From Alphaproteobacteria bacterium (GTDB lineage Bacteria; Pseudomonadota; Alphaproteobacteria; Parvibaculales; Parvibaculaceae): a DNA stretch of 64,000 bases. Shown piece after piece: positions 37,432-46,687 of the stretch. The DNA is taken from NCBI GenBank assembly GCA_021775935.1, contig JAJFGY010000039.1, positions 17,340 to 81,339 on the forward strand, in the 5' to 3' direction. The notes beneath the pieces are model-generated. The model made no database searches and had not been told where the DNA came from. It worked only from the letters and a program-made list of their open reading frames with translations. The number at the start of each line of letters is the position of its first letter. Position 1 is the first letter of the stretch. The translations under genes and the position numbers were made by a program.

Positions 37432-38556
37432 ATGGAACCGTTTAAGAATAGAATTTCGGCTGATCTCGTTGGCCATATCAGCGGTCAGCTAGAGCGGCAC
37501 GTTCCCGGCTTCAAGCGGAAGCCATTCGAAAAGGCGATCCTCGCCAAGTTGGATGATCTCGAGTTGAAGGAGCGGGCACAGCTCATCGCTGATCAGATGC
37601 ATGAGGTGCTGCCGACAGCCCCTAAAAAACGCGCGAAAATTGTGCGTGCCATGCTGCATCCACGCGGCACAGAAAAAGGTCAGCAAAGCGACGGCGACGG
37701 CATTTCCGGCTGGGGCATGTTTCCGCTGGGCATGGTGGTCGGCCAGAATGGGCTGGGTGACTTTGAAGGGTCGCTCGACCTGTTGAAGGACATGACCGGG
37801 CATTTCTCCTCTGAGTTTGATGTGCGTTTTTTCCTGATTGAAGATCAAGATCGCGCACTAACGATCATGCGCGAATGGGTTGATCACCCAGACTATCATG
37901 TGAGGCGGCTTCTTTCTGAAGGCACCCGCCCGCGCCTGCCCTGGGGCCTGCAACTACCGCAGCTGATCGCTGACCCTTCTCCTATGCTGCCTTTGCTGGA
38001 GGCGCTGCGGGATGATGAGGAGGAATATGTCCGACGCTCTGTCGCCAATCATCTGAACGATATTGCCAAAGACCATCCAGACCTTGTCGCCAGGCTTGCG
38101 AAAAAGTGGCTGAAAGGGGCAAGCCCGACGAGGGAAAAACTTGTCCGTCATGCGTGCCGTTCGCTCATCAAACAGGGACACACAGCAACACTGGAAGCCT
38201 TCGGCCTTGGGGCACCAAAAATCGATCTCACAAAGCTTGCGATCAAGACGAAAAAGGTGAGGTTTGGGGACGTTTTGACTTTCTCGGCGACGATCTGCTC
38301 AACGTCTAAACAGAAGCAATCCCTCGTCTTCGATTATCTGGTCCACTTCAAAAAAGCAAACGGCGACCTCGTGGGCAAAGTCTTCAAGTGGAAAAAAGTG
38401 ACCCTGGCACCGGGCGAAAGTCTCACGATGGAGAAATCCCACCCTATCAAGCCGATCACCACGCGGCGGTATTACGAGGGCAAGCAAGGCCTTTCTCTGA
38501 GGATCAACGGCCAGGATTTCGGCTCTGCAAACTTCACGCTGCTCATGCCTGACTGA
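37432..38556 (+). CDS. DNA alkylation repair protein (AlkC/AlkD-like HEAT repeat)
   Basis: HVRRLLSEGTRPRLPW, YVRRSVANHLNDIAKDHP, C-terminal TTRRYY. Confidence 0.88.
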   Translation: MEPFKNRISADLVGHISGQLERHVPGFKRKPFEKAILAKLDDLELKERAQLIADQMHEVLPTAPKKRAKIVRAMLHPRGTEKGQQSDGDGISGWGMFPLGMVVGQNGLGDFEGSLDLLKDMTGHFSSEFDVRFFLIEDQDRALTIMREWVDHPDYHVRRLLSEGTRPRLPWGLQLPQLIADPSPMLPLLEALRDDEEEYVRRSVANHLNDIAKDHPDLVARLAKKWLKGASPTREKLVRHACRSLIKQGHTATLEAFGLGAPKIDLTKLAIKTKKVRFGDVLTFSATICSTSKQKQSLVFDYLVHFKKANGDLVGKVFKWKKVTLAPGESLTMEKSHPIKPITTRRYYEGKQGLSLRINGQDFGSANFTLLMPD

Positions 38557-38610
38557 ATAGCCACGCTTCAATTGACACTAAAAGTGTCAATATTTACGCG
38601 CATATTGCGC

Positions 38611-38640
38611 AAAAAAAGCCTCGGTCAATGAGCGAGGTTT
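38611..38640 (-). terminator. Rho-independent terminator downstream of the ketosynthase gene
   Basis: Minus strand: CCTCG-ctcattgac-CGAGG-CTTTTTTT. Confidence 0.65.
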
Positions 38641-38798
38641 TGGGCAAGCCGGTGGTCGGGAAACGTGCCTGCGCAAAGTACAGAAGCGGTGCCGCCCGAC
38701 CATTTCAGAACATCAGGGGCGCACAACCGTGTGGCTCACACCTATATGACAGTCCAGAGTTCACCCCAGTGTAGCTGGCGTAAGGAGCGCGCTGTATA

Positions 38799-40751
38799 TC
38801 AGTCGGTCATGTCCTGATAGGGGTTTTTCGTTGGCAGGGAAATATCATTCGCAAAGCCTTTGATCGACACGCGCGTCTCACTGATTTCGATGTCAGCTTC
38901 GGCGATCATGTCCTCACCAAACCGGTAGATCGGCGCATACTGGCCCCGGTCCGCTGCGCTTAGATATTTCTCAGATGCCGCCAAGCTCGCTTGTCGCTTC
39001 TTGACGTAGGCAGCCATGTCATTCTCACCATGGCGTTTGCGCAGCATCGCCTCAGTACGATCTGGAGACAGAACAACAGCAGACGCATTGTTCCCGCCGA
39101 ACCCTTTCGAATTCAAAATCGCCACGTCAAGATTTTCAGGGGTGGTTTGCACGTGATCAGGACCAAGTTTGAGGCGGTCTTGATGGACGTCATCTGCCAC
39201 CGCATCAATCGTTGGAATTCCCGGGAGAATGCCATATTTGAAAGACCCAAGCGCTACTGCCAACTGATCAGCGCTGGCGGGCGCAATCGTATGCCCCAGA
39301 TAGGCCTTAACGGCCACCACGGGCCATTCGCTGATCTGGAAGGCCTCGGCGACCTGATCAAAAATCTGGGACTCCGAGACGCGGTTTTGCGGCGTACTTG
39401 ACCCATGCGCAAGAACAAAGCTCTTGTTCCGCACAGCGTCTTTGCCAGCGACCGCGGACGCTGCGGCGACTGCCTTTGCCATGCTGATATGGTTTCCGGG
39501 GCCTGGTGCACTGATGGACTTTTTCGTGCCGTCCGCATCGACAAATACATCTGTGATGGCGCCCAGGCATGGGGCGCCCAGTTCGAGCGCAAGCTCATCA
39601 TCCATCAAAATGAAATACTGGCTCGACTCGCCGATTGTGAAGCCACAGTTTTCGCCAAATGGTCGGCTTGCACGGCGATGATCGACCTCGTCGGTGCCAT
39701 AGAGCTTCATCATGTTCGCGTCTGTTGCCAGCGCGCCCATTGTTCCAAAACCATCCATGAGCTCTGGTCCGATGGGTGCTTCACTATTGCCCACCATAGC
39801 GACCCTGATCTTGCCCGCTTTGAGGTCTGACACCGCATGGCGCAAATTGGACAGGAAGGTCGCACACGCCGCAACCGAACTACTCGCGATGCCGACATTT
39901 GCCAGAACATAGGCATTGATGAAATCAGTTGGCATGGAGTTAACCCCCATGACGAGAGACTTTGTCGTCACCCGCTCGCCCTTCATGCGGGCCTGTTGCA
40001 TCCCCCCATAGCCTTCCTTGTCCATCTGACCAAAGCCACTGCTGGAATAAACCCCGACTTCATCGGGCTCGATATGTTCAAGGACCGTGTTCCAATCAAT
40101 TCCCATCGCGCGCAAGGCGTCTGTTGCGCCGAACAACGCCATTTGAAGACCACGCGGTTGAAAGCGTGAATTGTAGAGATCGGCGATTGCAAAACCGCTC
40201 GGCAATTGTCCTGCCGCTTTAACTGGAAAATCCCGGAAATTATCCAGTTTGACATCGACATCCCCGTCCACGGTGACCTGCACCGTCTTGCCACCTGGGC
40301 CTTCATCACCCGGCTCGACTGTCCAGCTGTCAGGGATGCGTGTGGGCAATTGGTCGCTGTTCAGAGTAAATTGAAGCTGTCCGTCTTCTTGCCCGTCTTG
40401 CTGCTTGGACGCTGAGCGCAACGATGCAGAAGACTGCCAGTGCAAGGCATCGACATCGAATACCGATTCTTCCACACGCCGGACCAGGGTACCGTCCAGA
40501 ACCTGCTCGCGATACCGCTCTGCAACTTCTGGACCTGTTAGTGGCTCGCGTGGCCCATCCTCAGCAGTCGGTATAAAATGCTCTTCGCCTTCTGGCGTGA
40601 CGAGGCCCATCATCACAGCCAATGCAGCGAGTGTCTGTTGCCTTTCATCGTCGGTCAAAAGATCAATCACCAAACGGCGAAAGCTCTGAAACCCAGAGGT
40701 CCGACCTGCGGCATTCACCCCGCCCATACTCACAATGACTGGTAAACGCAT
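38799..40751 (-). CDS. fabY: Beta-ketoacyl synthase, FabY-like
   Basis: N-terminus RLPVIVSMGGVNAAGRTS; AACATFL (Cys), AHGSSTPQNR (His), KAYLGHT (His), NSKGFGGNNA; 650 aa. Confidence 0.75.
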   Translation of the reverse strand: MRLPVIVSMGGVNAAGRTSGFQSFRRLVIDLLTDDERQQTLAALAVMMGLVTPEGEEHFIPTAEDGPREPLTGPEVAERYREQVLDGTLVRRVEESVFDVDALHWQSSASLRSASKQQDGQEDGQLQFTLNSDQLPTRIPDSWTVEPGDEGPGGKTVQVTVDGDVDVKLDNFRDFPVKAAGQLPSGFAIADLYNSRFQPRGLQMALFGATDALRAMGIDWNTVLEHIEPDEVGVYSSSGFGQMDKEGYGGMQQARMKGERVTTKSLVMGVNSMPTDFINAYVLANVGIASSSVAACATFLSNLRHAVSDLKAGKIRVAMVGNSEAPIGPELMDGFGTMGALATDANMMKLYGTDEVDHRRASRPFGENCGFTIGESSQYFILMDDELALELGAPCLGAITDVFVDADGTKKSISAPGPGNHISMAKAVAAASAVAGKDAVRNKSFVLAHGSSTPQNRVSESQIFDQVAEAFQISEWPVVAVKAYLGHTIAPASADQLAVALGSFKYGILPGIPTIDAVADDVHQDRLKLGPDHVQTTPENLDVAILNSKGFGGNNASAVVLSPDRTEAMLRKRHGENDMAAYVKKRQASLAASEKYLSAADRGQYAPIYRFGEDMIAEADIEISETRVSIKGFANDISLPTKNPYQDMTD

Positions 40752-41035
40752 CAGGTCTTCTCCAATTCAATTTGGTAACTTAACATTCGTCAGAGCGTTT
40801 GTTTGGCCGAAGATTGCATTGGCCCGAGGTTGGTATCTGAGACGCGCGACGGCATGATTATGCCCGCTCAGCGCCCAGCGCACATAGCAAATACTGCATT
40901 CCCACCGTGAATGCACTTCTCTTTCTGTCCATCCATGCGCGTCGTCTCATCACCAATGAACTGCGCGATGACCACAGGATTCCCATGCCAGGAAAACTGG
41001 AATGAGCTTCTGAAGAACGTTGACCTGAAAACTCT

Positions 41036-41584
41036 CTAGCCTCCACGCTTGATCGCATCGACGAGCCAATCTTCAATATCTTCCAGCCGGGTTTTTCTTC
41101 CGTCAAAGAGGCGTTGCAAGAGGCCGCCCAACGCTATGATGAGCACATGGGATGCGGCGTCCTTGCCAACAATGCCTGCAACAAGGTCGAGATATCTTTC
41201 GTTGGCCAGCTTCATGTTCTTGTCCCGGGCCACGCTGCTGGGCGACTTCCCGCGGATGTAATCCATAAGCAGGTACATTTCGCCTTGGAAGTTTTTTTCA
41301 ATCTCTGCAAACAGGTTGATCAGCGCTGCAGCCTTCTGCTCAGAGGTCCCCGCTTCACTCCCGCCCGGAATCGCTGCCCCATCGCGCTCAACAACAAAAG
41401 CGGTGCAGGCAGCAAACAAATCTTCTTTTGAGGGGAAGTAGTGATAGAGCGCGCTTTTTGACATTCCCAGATGGTCTGCGATCTGGCGCATGCCCAAACC
41501 GCTATACCCAAACTCTGAGAAAACCGGCGTGGCCTTTGCCACAATTTCTCGTCGCAGCTTGTCGCGGTCCACAATCTTCGGCAT
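41036..41584 (-). CDS. TetR/AcrR-family transcriptional regulator
   Basis: MPKIVD.., FSEFGY, MRQIADHLGMSKSALYHYFPSKEDL. Confidence 0.93.
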   Translation of the reverse strand: MPKIVDRDKLRREIVAKATPVFSEFGYSGLGMRQIADHLGMSKSALYHYFPSKEDLFAACTAFVVERDGAAIPGGSEAGTSEQKAAALINLFAEIEKNFQGEMYLLMDYIRGKSPSSVARDKNMKLANERYLDLVAGIVGKDAASHVLIIALGGLLQRLFDGRKTRLEDIEDWLVDAIKRGG

Positions 41585-41640
41585 TCACATTCTCCCACCA
41601 CCATCAGAACTTGACGTCAGCATTCATTTGTTTTATTTTC

Positions 41641-41658
41641 GTCCAACTGGACTATAAT
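41641..41658 (+). promoter_or_regulatory. Palindromic operator abutting a -10 box
   Basis: GTCCA-AC-TGGAC directly followed by TATAAT, between the TetR gene and the divergent operon. Confidence 0.55.
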
Positions 41659-41679
41659 AATCAACCCAAGGCAACGCCA

Positions 41680-42285
41680 ATGGCACTTATCGATTGGACA
41701 TTACCACCCCAACGCAGAGGTGTGCTTGGTTTGCTCGACAAAATCACAGGCCCCGGTGCGACCGGTGTTGAGGTTGCGCTACAACTCCTCCTGCCCCTGA
41801 TCGCCACACTCGTTGCCTATCGCTACGCTCAGGAAATGATGCCTGCTTGGCCCTGGTGGAAGATCGCTCTCTTTTGTGTCCTGGCGTTCGACATGATGGG
41901 CGGCATTGTCACCAACGCCACATCTTCAGCAAAGCGGTGGTATCACCGGGATGGACAAGGCAAGAAGCAACACCTCTCCTTCATCGCTGTTCACACCATC
42001 CACGTTGCTCTTGTTGCTCTCATCTTCAGAGACTTTGACGCCGCCTATTTTGCCGGTTTCTCGGGATACCTCATTGTTTCAGCATTAATCACCCTGTCCG
42101 TGCCGCTCTATCTGCGCCGCCCACTGGCTTTGTTTCTTTGCGCAACCGGCTTCCTGCTTGAGATCTACTCTTGGGGGGCGCCAGTTGAGATCGCCTGGTT
42201 TACGCCTCTTCTCCTGATCAAACTTCTTGCAGCCCACCTTCCCCGCGAAGAACCTTATCGCCCCCTAGGCAGGAGTTCCTTATGA
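41680..42285 (+). CDS. Hypothetical integral membrane protein
   Basis: ~6 TM; GPGAT..E and AFDMMGGIVTNATSSAKRWYH look like conserved motifs; start at ATG 41680. Confidence 0.75.
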   Translation: MALIDWTLPPQRRGVLGLLDKITGPGATGVEVALQLLLPLIATLVAYRYAQEMMPAWPWWKIALFCVLAFDMMGGIVTNATSSAKRWYHRDGQGKKQHLSFIAVHTIHVALVALIFRDFDAAYFAGFSGYLIVSALITLSVPLYLRRPLALFLCATGFLLEIYSWGAPVEIAWFTPLLLIKLLAAHLPREEPYRPLGRSSL

Positions 42286-42806
42286 CCAGCGCCCATACAT
42301 CAAGCAGACGAACTTTTGTGCTGCTGATCGCCTCTATTTTGCTTCTCAGTTCCCTCATCCCGGGTGGACCGATTGAGAATAGAGACTTTTCCAGGCTAGA
42401 GCCGGTGACGGTTCTTTCATTCAACATATTCCTGGCGTCCCTGTTGCTCACCACCTGCGCTGCAGCCATATTCGTATGGCAGGAAAGGCAGCTTGGCTCG
42501 CCGCTGTCGCTGGTGTGTGGAGCAGGTTTTTTTGCAGTGTACTATCTCGATCTCTGGGAGATTTTTCCTGTATCCCCAACACCCATGTCGACTGCTCTTT
42601 ATACTATCGAGGCGATGGGACTTGTTGTTGCGGTCTTGCTGATGGCACTCGCCGCCGTTGGCTGGTTCCAACGAGGCCTAACGCCCGATCCTGAGGCGCA
42701 ACCCTCGTCGCACCTGAAACTCTCCGCCTCTGGTCTGCTTGTTATCTTGTTCGCATCAGCGGTCATTGTGGCATTTGCTACTTTCGCCGCGCTTAACCCG
42801 CAATAG
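42282..42806 (+). CDS. Hypothetical integral membrane protein
   Basis: ~5 TM; PGGPIENRDFS and FPVSPTPM motifs; 4 nt overlap with the upstream gene. Confidence 0.72.
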   Translation: MTSAHTSSRRTFVLLIASILLLSSLIPGGPIENRDFSRLEPVTVLSFNIFLASLLLTTCAAAIFVWQERQLGSPLSLVCGAGFFAVYYLDLWEIFPVSPTPMSTALYTIEAMGLVVAVLLMALAAVGWFQRGLTPDPEAQPSSHLKLSASGLLVILFASAVIVAFATFAALNPQ

Positions 42807-42826
42807 CCTCAGCTCTCCACCGGCCG

Positions 42827-43864
42827 CTATGCCGGTTTGATTGACCAACTCAGGCCCTCGCCCACTTTCATCACCTCAACGCTCATGAATTCACGCTGGG
42901 ATGCCACAGCGCCGCACCAGAGCTCAGTCCAACACGCCAGCAGGTGATCGCGTTCGCTCGTTGGAAGGCCACGCACAATGCGAAGGCCTGTGTGTCGAAC
43001 CGTAGCGCCCTCTCCACTCTGAGGTTGCGCCTCTGCCTCGTCACCCATGCCCTGAAACATTGCGCTTAGAAATTCCGCGGCTGCTTGCGGTCCACCTTCG
43101 GGCATACCGATTGTCTCCGCCATACGCCTGTAGTGCTGAAGCCCGGTCAGACGCGCTGCAAGCTTTGCCAGTTCGAGCGCCCTCGCCTCACCCAGGACAG
43201 CCACAAGTTCACGAATGCCATTGCGGATATACTCAACCGCGTAATTCCGGTTGGCTTTCGCAAGACGTTCTTCGCTCCACTCTGTGGCGGGTGGTTCTGG
43301 TTGCTCGTTTGGATCATAGGCGGGCGGGCGTTCGTTTGGTGCAAAAGCAAGACGTTCCTCTTCGCTCAAGTCATGATCATATTCTTTGAAGTAACCGCAA
43401 AACCCGAACTGGCCGGTCATGTCCTCTGAGACACAGACAAAACCAAGACGTGGATTGCCCAGCGACACGCCGTTTTGGGCGTACCAGCCACGCAAAAAAC
43501 CCCGGCTCGCCTCCACGGGAATACCGCAGACGACTGCCCCGTCATACATCCACCGTGGATAGCGGAAACGCACCCATGCCTTTTTGTCAGACTCCGCCAT
43601 ATACTCGACAGCAACACCCCCCATGCCATTCGACAATACGTGATATTTCGCGCAGGCAACGGCATGTGGCTGACCATCAAGGCCCAACTTCTTGAAGCTT
43701 GAAAGAAACTTCTCTTCGTGCTGGCTTCGGAAGAGCCTAAACATCCACTCGCCAACCACATCCGGGCCTTCTCTTGAGGCAACCATGAGCTCAAGTCCCA
43801 ACAGATATTGATGGTGCAGCTCTGCCTGTGCGGAGATAGCCTGGAGTTCAATAGTAGAGATCAA
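42827..43864 (-). CDS. Hypothetical soluble protein
   Basis: 345 aa ORF with TTG start after a GAGGGG SD; fills the gap. Confidence 0.75.
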   Translation of the reverse strand: MISTIELQAISAQAELHHQYLLGLELMVASREGPDVVGEWMFRLFRSQHEEKFLSSFKKLGLDGQPHAVACAKYHVLSNGMGGVAVEYMAESDKKAWVRFRYPRWMYDGAVVCGIPVEASRGFLRGWYAQNGVSLGNPRLGFVCVSEDMTGQFGFCGYFKEYDHDLSEEERLAFAPNERPPAYDPNEQPEPPATEWSEERLAKANRNYAVEYIRNGIRELVAVLGEARALELAKLAARLTGLQHYRRMAETIGMPEGGPQAAAEFLSAMFQGMGDEAEAQPQSGEGATVRHTGLRIVRGLPTSERDHLLACWTELWCGAVASQREFMSVEVMKVGEGLSWSIKPA

Positions 43865-43913
43865 AGCGTTTCCCCTCGTCCCGAAATGGTGCCTTACAGA
43901 TCATGAGCAAAAA

Positions 43914-45368
43914 CTAGCGCTGTTCCTTCAGCACATGCCAATAGGTACGAACCTGTTCGACGTGACGGCGGGCTTCGTAACCGCGCGCATACCCGTAGCG
44001 CAGCGTTGGATAGACCTTCTCATCAGAGAGAGATCCCAATACCTTTTTGACATCCACCCAGACGTTCTTATCGAGACCCCGTCGCTCTGCCAGCGTCCGC
44101 GCATCATAAACATGACCAAGCCCCATATTGTATGCGGCCAGTGCAAACCAATACCGGTCTTCACCTTCCACTTCATCTGGCACGCGGGAGAGAAGATCTG
44201 CGAAATACCGCGCGCCTCCCCAGATACTTTCTTGGGGGTCGGTTCGGTCTTCGACGCCCACGCGTTCCGCCGTTGAACGGGTGAGCATCATGATGCCCCG
44301 CACACCTGTTGGACTTACGGCATCCGGGTTCCATTTAGATTCCTGATAGGCCTTTGCCGCCAAAAGTCTCCAGGGAATGTCATTGCGTCTTGCACCTGTC
44401 CGAAAGTCGCGCTCGTATTTAGGCAGTATCTCTTCAATGTCACGACGGAAACGGATCATGTCGAGATAGTCGAACTTCGGAAAAAACCCAAAATGTGAGG
44501 CGGTCAAACGGTCAATTTCTTTTGCCGTGCTTTCACGTGCAAACCATGCATCAGCCGCATCTCCAAGCTCATCAGCACCGGGGGCAATAACCCAGGCAAG
44601 CGGCTCATCCTCCGTCAATGCAAACGCCTTGATCAGTTCGGGATAGTGGCGCCGTGTAACCTGGAACACTGGTTCATCAACGATGGTGCACTCATGGTCC
44701 TTCTCCCACACACGCAACATCAGCGTTTCGGGACCAGCGTCGAGGGCTATCCATTCCAACCCTTCAATCTCAGGCGCCAGGCTTTCCAGTGCCGCGACAT
44801 GGGAGCTGCCGTCGGTTACCACGATAGCCCGCCCGACAAGCTCGTCAGGACTTTCAGGAGGAGTGCCTTCTTTGCGACAGACGACAACTTGCTTAACCTG
44901 ATTGTAGGAGGGGGCGAAGCGGTAGGCGTCCGCGCGGTCTTGGGTCACTGTAAGGCCCGCTGCTGCGATGTGCGCGTCGCCGTTCTCAATTGCCTGAAAG
45001 ATTTCGGGAACTGTGTCCACCTCCAGAAAGTCGACCTGGACCTCAGCTCCTAATGTCGCAGCAAATGAAGTGGCGAGATCGACCTCAAAGCCTTCCGGCG
45101 TACCATCGCGCCCCAGGTAATAGGTTGTGGGAGAGTTACGGGTGACGACCACAAGACGGCCTTCATTTTGAATGGCCTCAAGCGAGGTATTCAGTCCCCA
45201 ATGGCTCAAAGAAATGTAGAGGCCAACAAGAACCAGACCGGCAATGACCACATAGGGGAAGCGCCCATTGCCGTACCGCAGGGGATTCAGGCTGGGCTTT
45301 TTCTTACGATCGGTCAGAGCGGTTCTCCTGTCTTCGTGACGTCCGCCCGAGCCTAGCAAACCAGACAC
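43914..45368 (-). CDS. mltF: Membrane-bound lytic murein transglycosylase F
   Basis: PBP domain (TRNSPTTYY, AAAGLT) plus SLT domain (AYQESKWNP, GVRGIMMLT, AAYNMG, YGYARG); start may be CTG 45317. Confidence 0.92.
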   Translation of the reverse strand: MSGLLGSGGRHEDRRTALTDRKKKPSLNPLRYGNGRFPYVVIAGLVLVGLYISLSHWGLNTSLEAIQNEGRLVVVTRNSPTTYYLGRDGTPEGFEVDLATSFAATLGAEVQVDFLEVDTVPEIFQAIENGDAHIAAAGLTVTQDRADAYRFAPSYNQVKQVVVCRKEGTPPESPDELVGRAIVVTDGSSHVAALESLAPEIEGLEWIALDAGPETLMLRVWEKDHECTIVDEPVFQVTRRHYPELIKAFALTEDEPLAWVIAPGADELGDAADAWFARESTAKEIDRLTASHFGFFPKFDYLDMIRFRRDIEEILPKYERDFRTGARRNDIPWRLLAAKAYQESKWNPDAVSPTGVRGIMMLTRSTAERVGVEDRTDPQESIWGGARYFADLLSRVPDEVEGEDRYWFALAAYNMGLGHVYDARTLAERRGLDKNVWVDVKKVLGSLSDEKVYPTLRYGYARGYEARRHVEQVRTYWHVLKEQR

Positions 45369-45369
45369 G

Positions 45370-45403
45370 AAAAAGCCCGCGAGGCATCTCCCCGCGGGCT
45401 TCT
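45370..45403 (-). terminator. Rho-independent terminator after the ACAD pair
   Basis: Minus strand: AAGCCCGCG-loop-CGCGGGCTTTTT. Confidence 0.8.
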
Positions 45404-45425
45404 AATAACGCCAATGATTTGACCT

Positions 45426-46646
45426 CTATTTGGGCAGCTCATTATAGGGTTTGGTTTTGTCTACCCGAATGTCCTGCGGCAGGCCTAGAACACGTTCAGC
45501 GACAATGTTGCGCAGAATCTCGTCTGTGCCACCGGCAATCCGGTAGCCTGCACCGCCCATCCACTGGTTCTGGAAAATGGCTCCTTGCGGTGAGGTCTCC
45601 CGGTCCCGAATGATGCCCGCTTGGCCCTGAAGGTCCATGGCGAAAGAGCCCAGATCCTGCATCTTTGCCGCCGATACGACTTTGGAGATGCTGCTTTCAG
45701 GTCCTGGCGTCTCGCCTTTCGAAAGCGCTGTCAGTGTGCGGAAACGGGTATATTTCAACCCTTGCGTCTGCACATACCAGTCAGCCATCCGCTCACGTAC
45801 CGCGCCGTTCGCCATTGCCGCCATTTGCTCCAGCTCGCTTTCGCGGCCAAGCGCCATCAGCTCTTCCCAGTCCGCACCGCCACCGCCACCAACAGCGAGG
45901 CGTTCGTTCATCAAAGTTGTGAGCGCAACCTTCCACCCATCGCCTGGATTGCCCAGACGGTTTGAGTCAGGAACGCGCACGTCGGTGAAGAAGACTTCGT
46001 TGAACTCGCTCTCACCTGACATCTGTTTAATCGGACGAACTTCAACGCCTTCCGATTTCATGTCGATGATGAACATCGTGAGGCCCTTGTGCTTAGGCAC
46101 ATTGGGATCGGTCCGCACAACGACGATGCCGTAGTCGCAATAGTGCGCGCCAGACGTCCAGACTTTCTGGCCGTTGATCACCCACTCATCACCATCTTTC
46201 TCAGCCTTGGTGCGCAGGCCCGCAACATCAGACCCACCTGCTGGTTCAGAGAAAAGCTGGCACCAGATTTCATCACCATGAATGGCAGGTGCTACATAGC
46301 GTTCTTTGTGTTCTTCGGTGCCCCACGCAAGAACGGTCGGTACGCACATGCCCAAACCAATTGCGTAGAAACCACCTGGAACGAGGTAGTTCGATTCTTC
46401 CTGGCTGTAGACCACATTGTGAATGGATGAACCGCCCTGGCCGCCATATTCTTTCGGCCATGTGATGCAGGAAAAGCCGCCTTCTGCTTTCGTCGCCTGC
46501 CACTTACGCGCCCGCTCCAGCGCCTCTTCCAACCCAAGAGATGGCAGTGCATCTTTGCTGCTCTTTTTGCGCTCAGCGTTTTGGTCAAGCCAGGCCCGTG
46601 CCTTTGCGCGGTACTCGGCTTCTTCTTTTGTGTCGTTAAAATCCAT
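45426..46646 (-). CDS. Acyl-CoA dehydrogenase (likely heteromeric subunit)
   Basis: WCQLFSEPAGGSD, GQKVWTSGAH, TLMNER, IAGGTDEILRN. Confidence 0.93.
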   Translation of the reverse strand: MDFNDTKEEAEYRAKARAWLDQNAERKKSSKDALPSLGLEEALERARKWQATKAEGGFSCITWPKEYGGQGGSSIHNVVYSQEESNYLVPGGFYAIGLGMCVPTVLAWGTEEHKERYVAPAIHGDEIWCQLFSEPAGGSDVAGLRTKAEKDGDEWVINGQKVWTSGAHYCDYGIVVVRTDPNVPKHKGLTMFIIDMKSEGVEVRPIKQMSGESEFNEVFFTDVRVPDSNRLGNPGDGWKVALTTLMNERLAVGGGGGADWEELMALGRESELEQMAAMANGAVRERMADWYVQTQGLKYTRFRTLTALSKGETPGPESSISKVVSAAKMQDLGSFAMDLQGQAGIIRDRETSPQGAIFQNQWMGGAGYRIAGGTDEILRNIVAERVLGLPQDIRVDKTKPYNELPK

Positions 46647-46687
46647 GGATATTCTCCATAAGAGGAAATTCAAAAAATCGAAAAGGT

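Noticed and set aside
40752-41035. Small ORF or pseudogene fragment upstream of the ketosynthase gene
   Set aside because: Short frames lack a convincing start, SD or similarity
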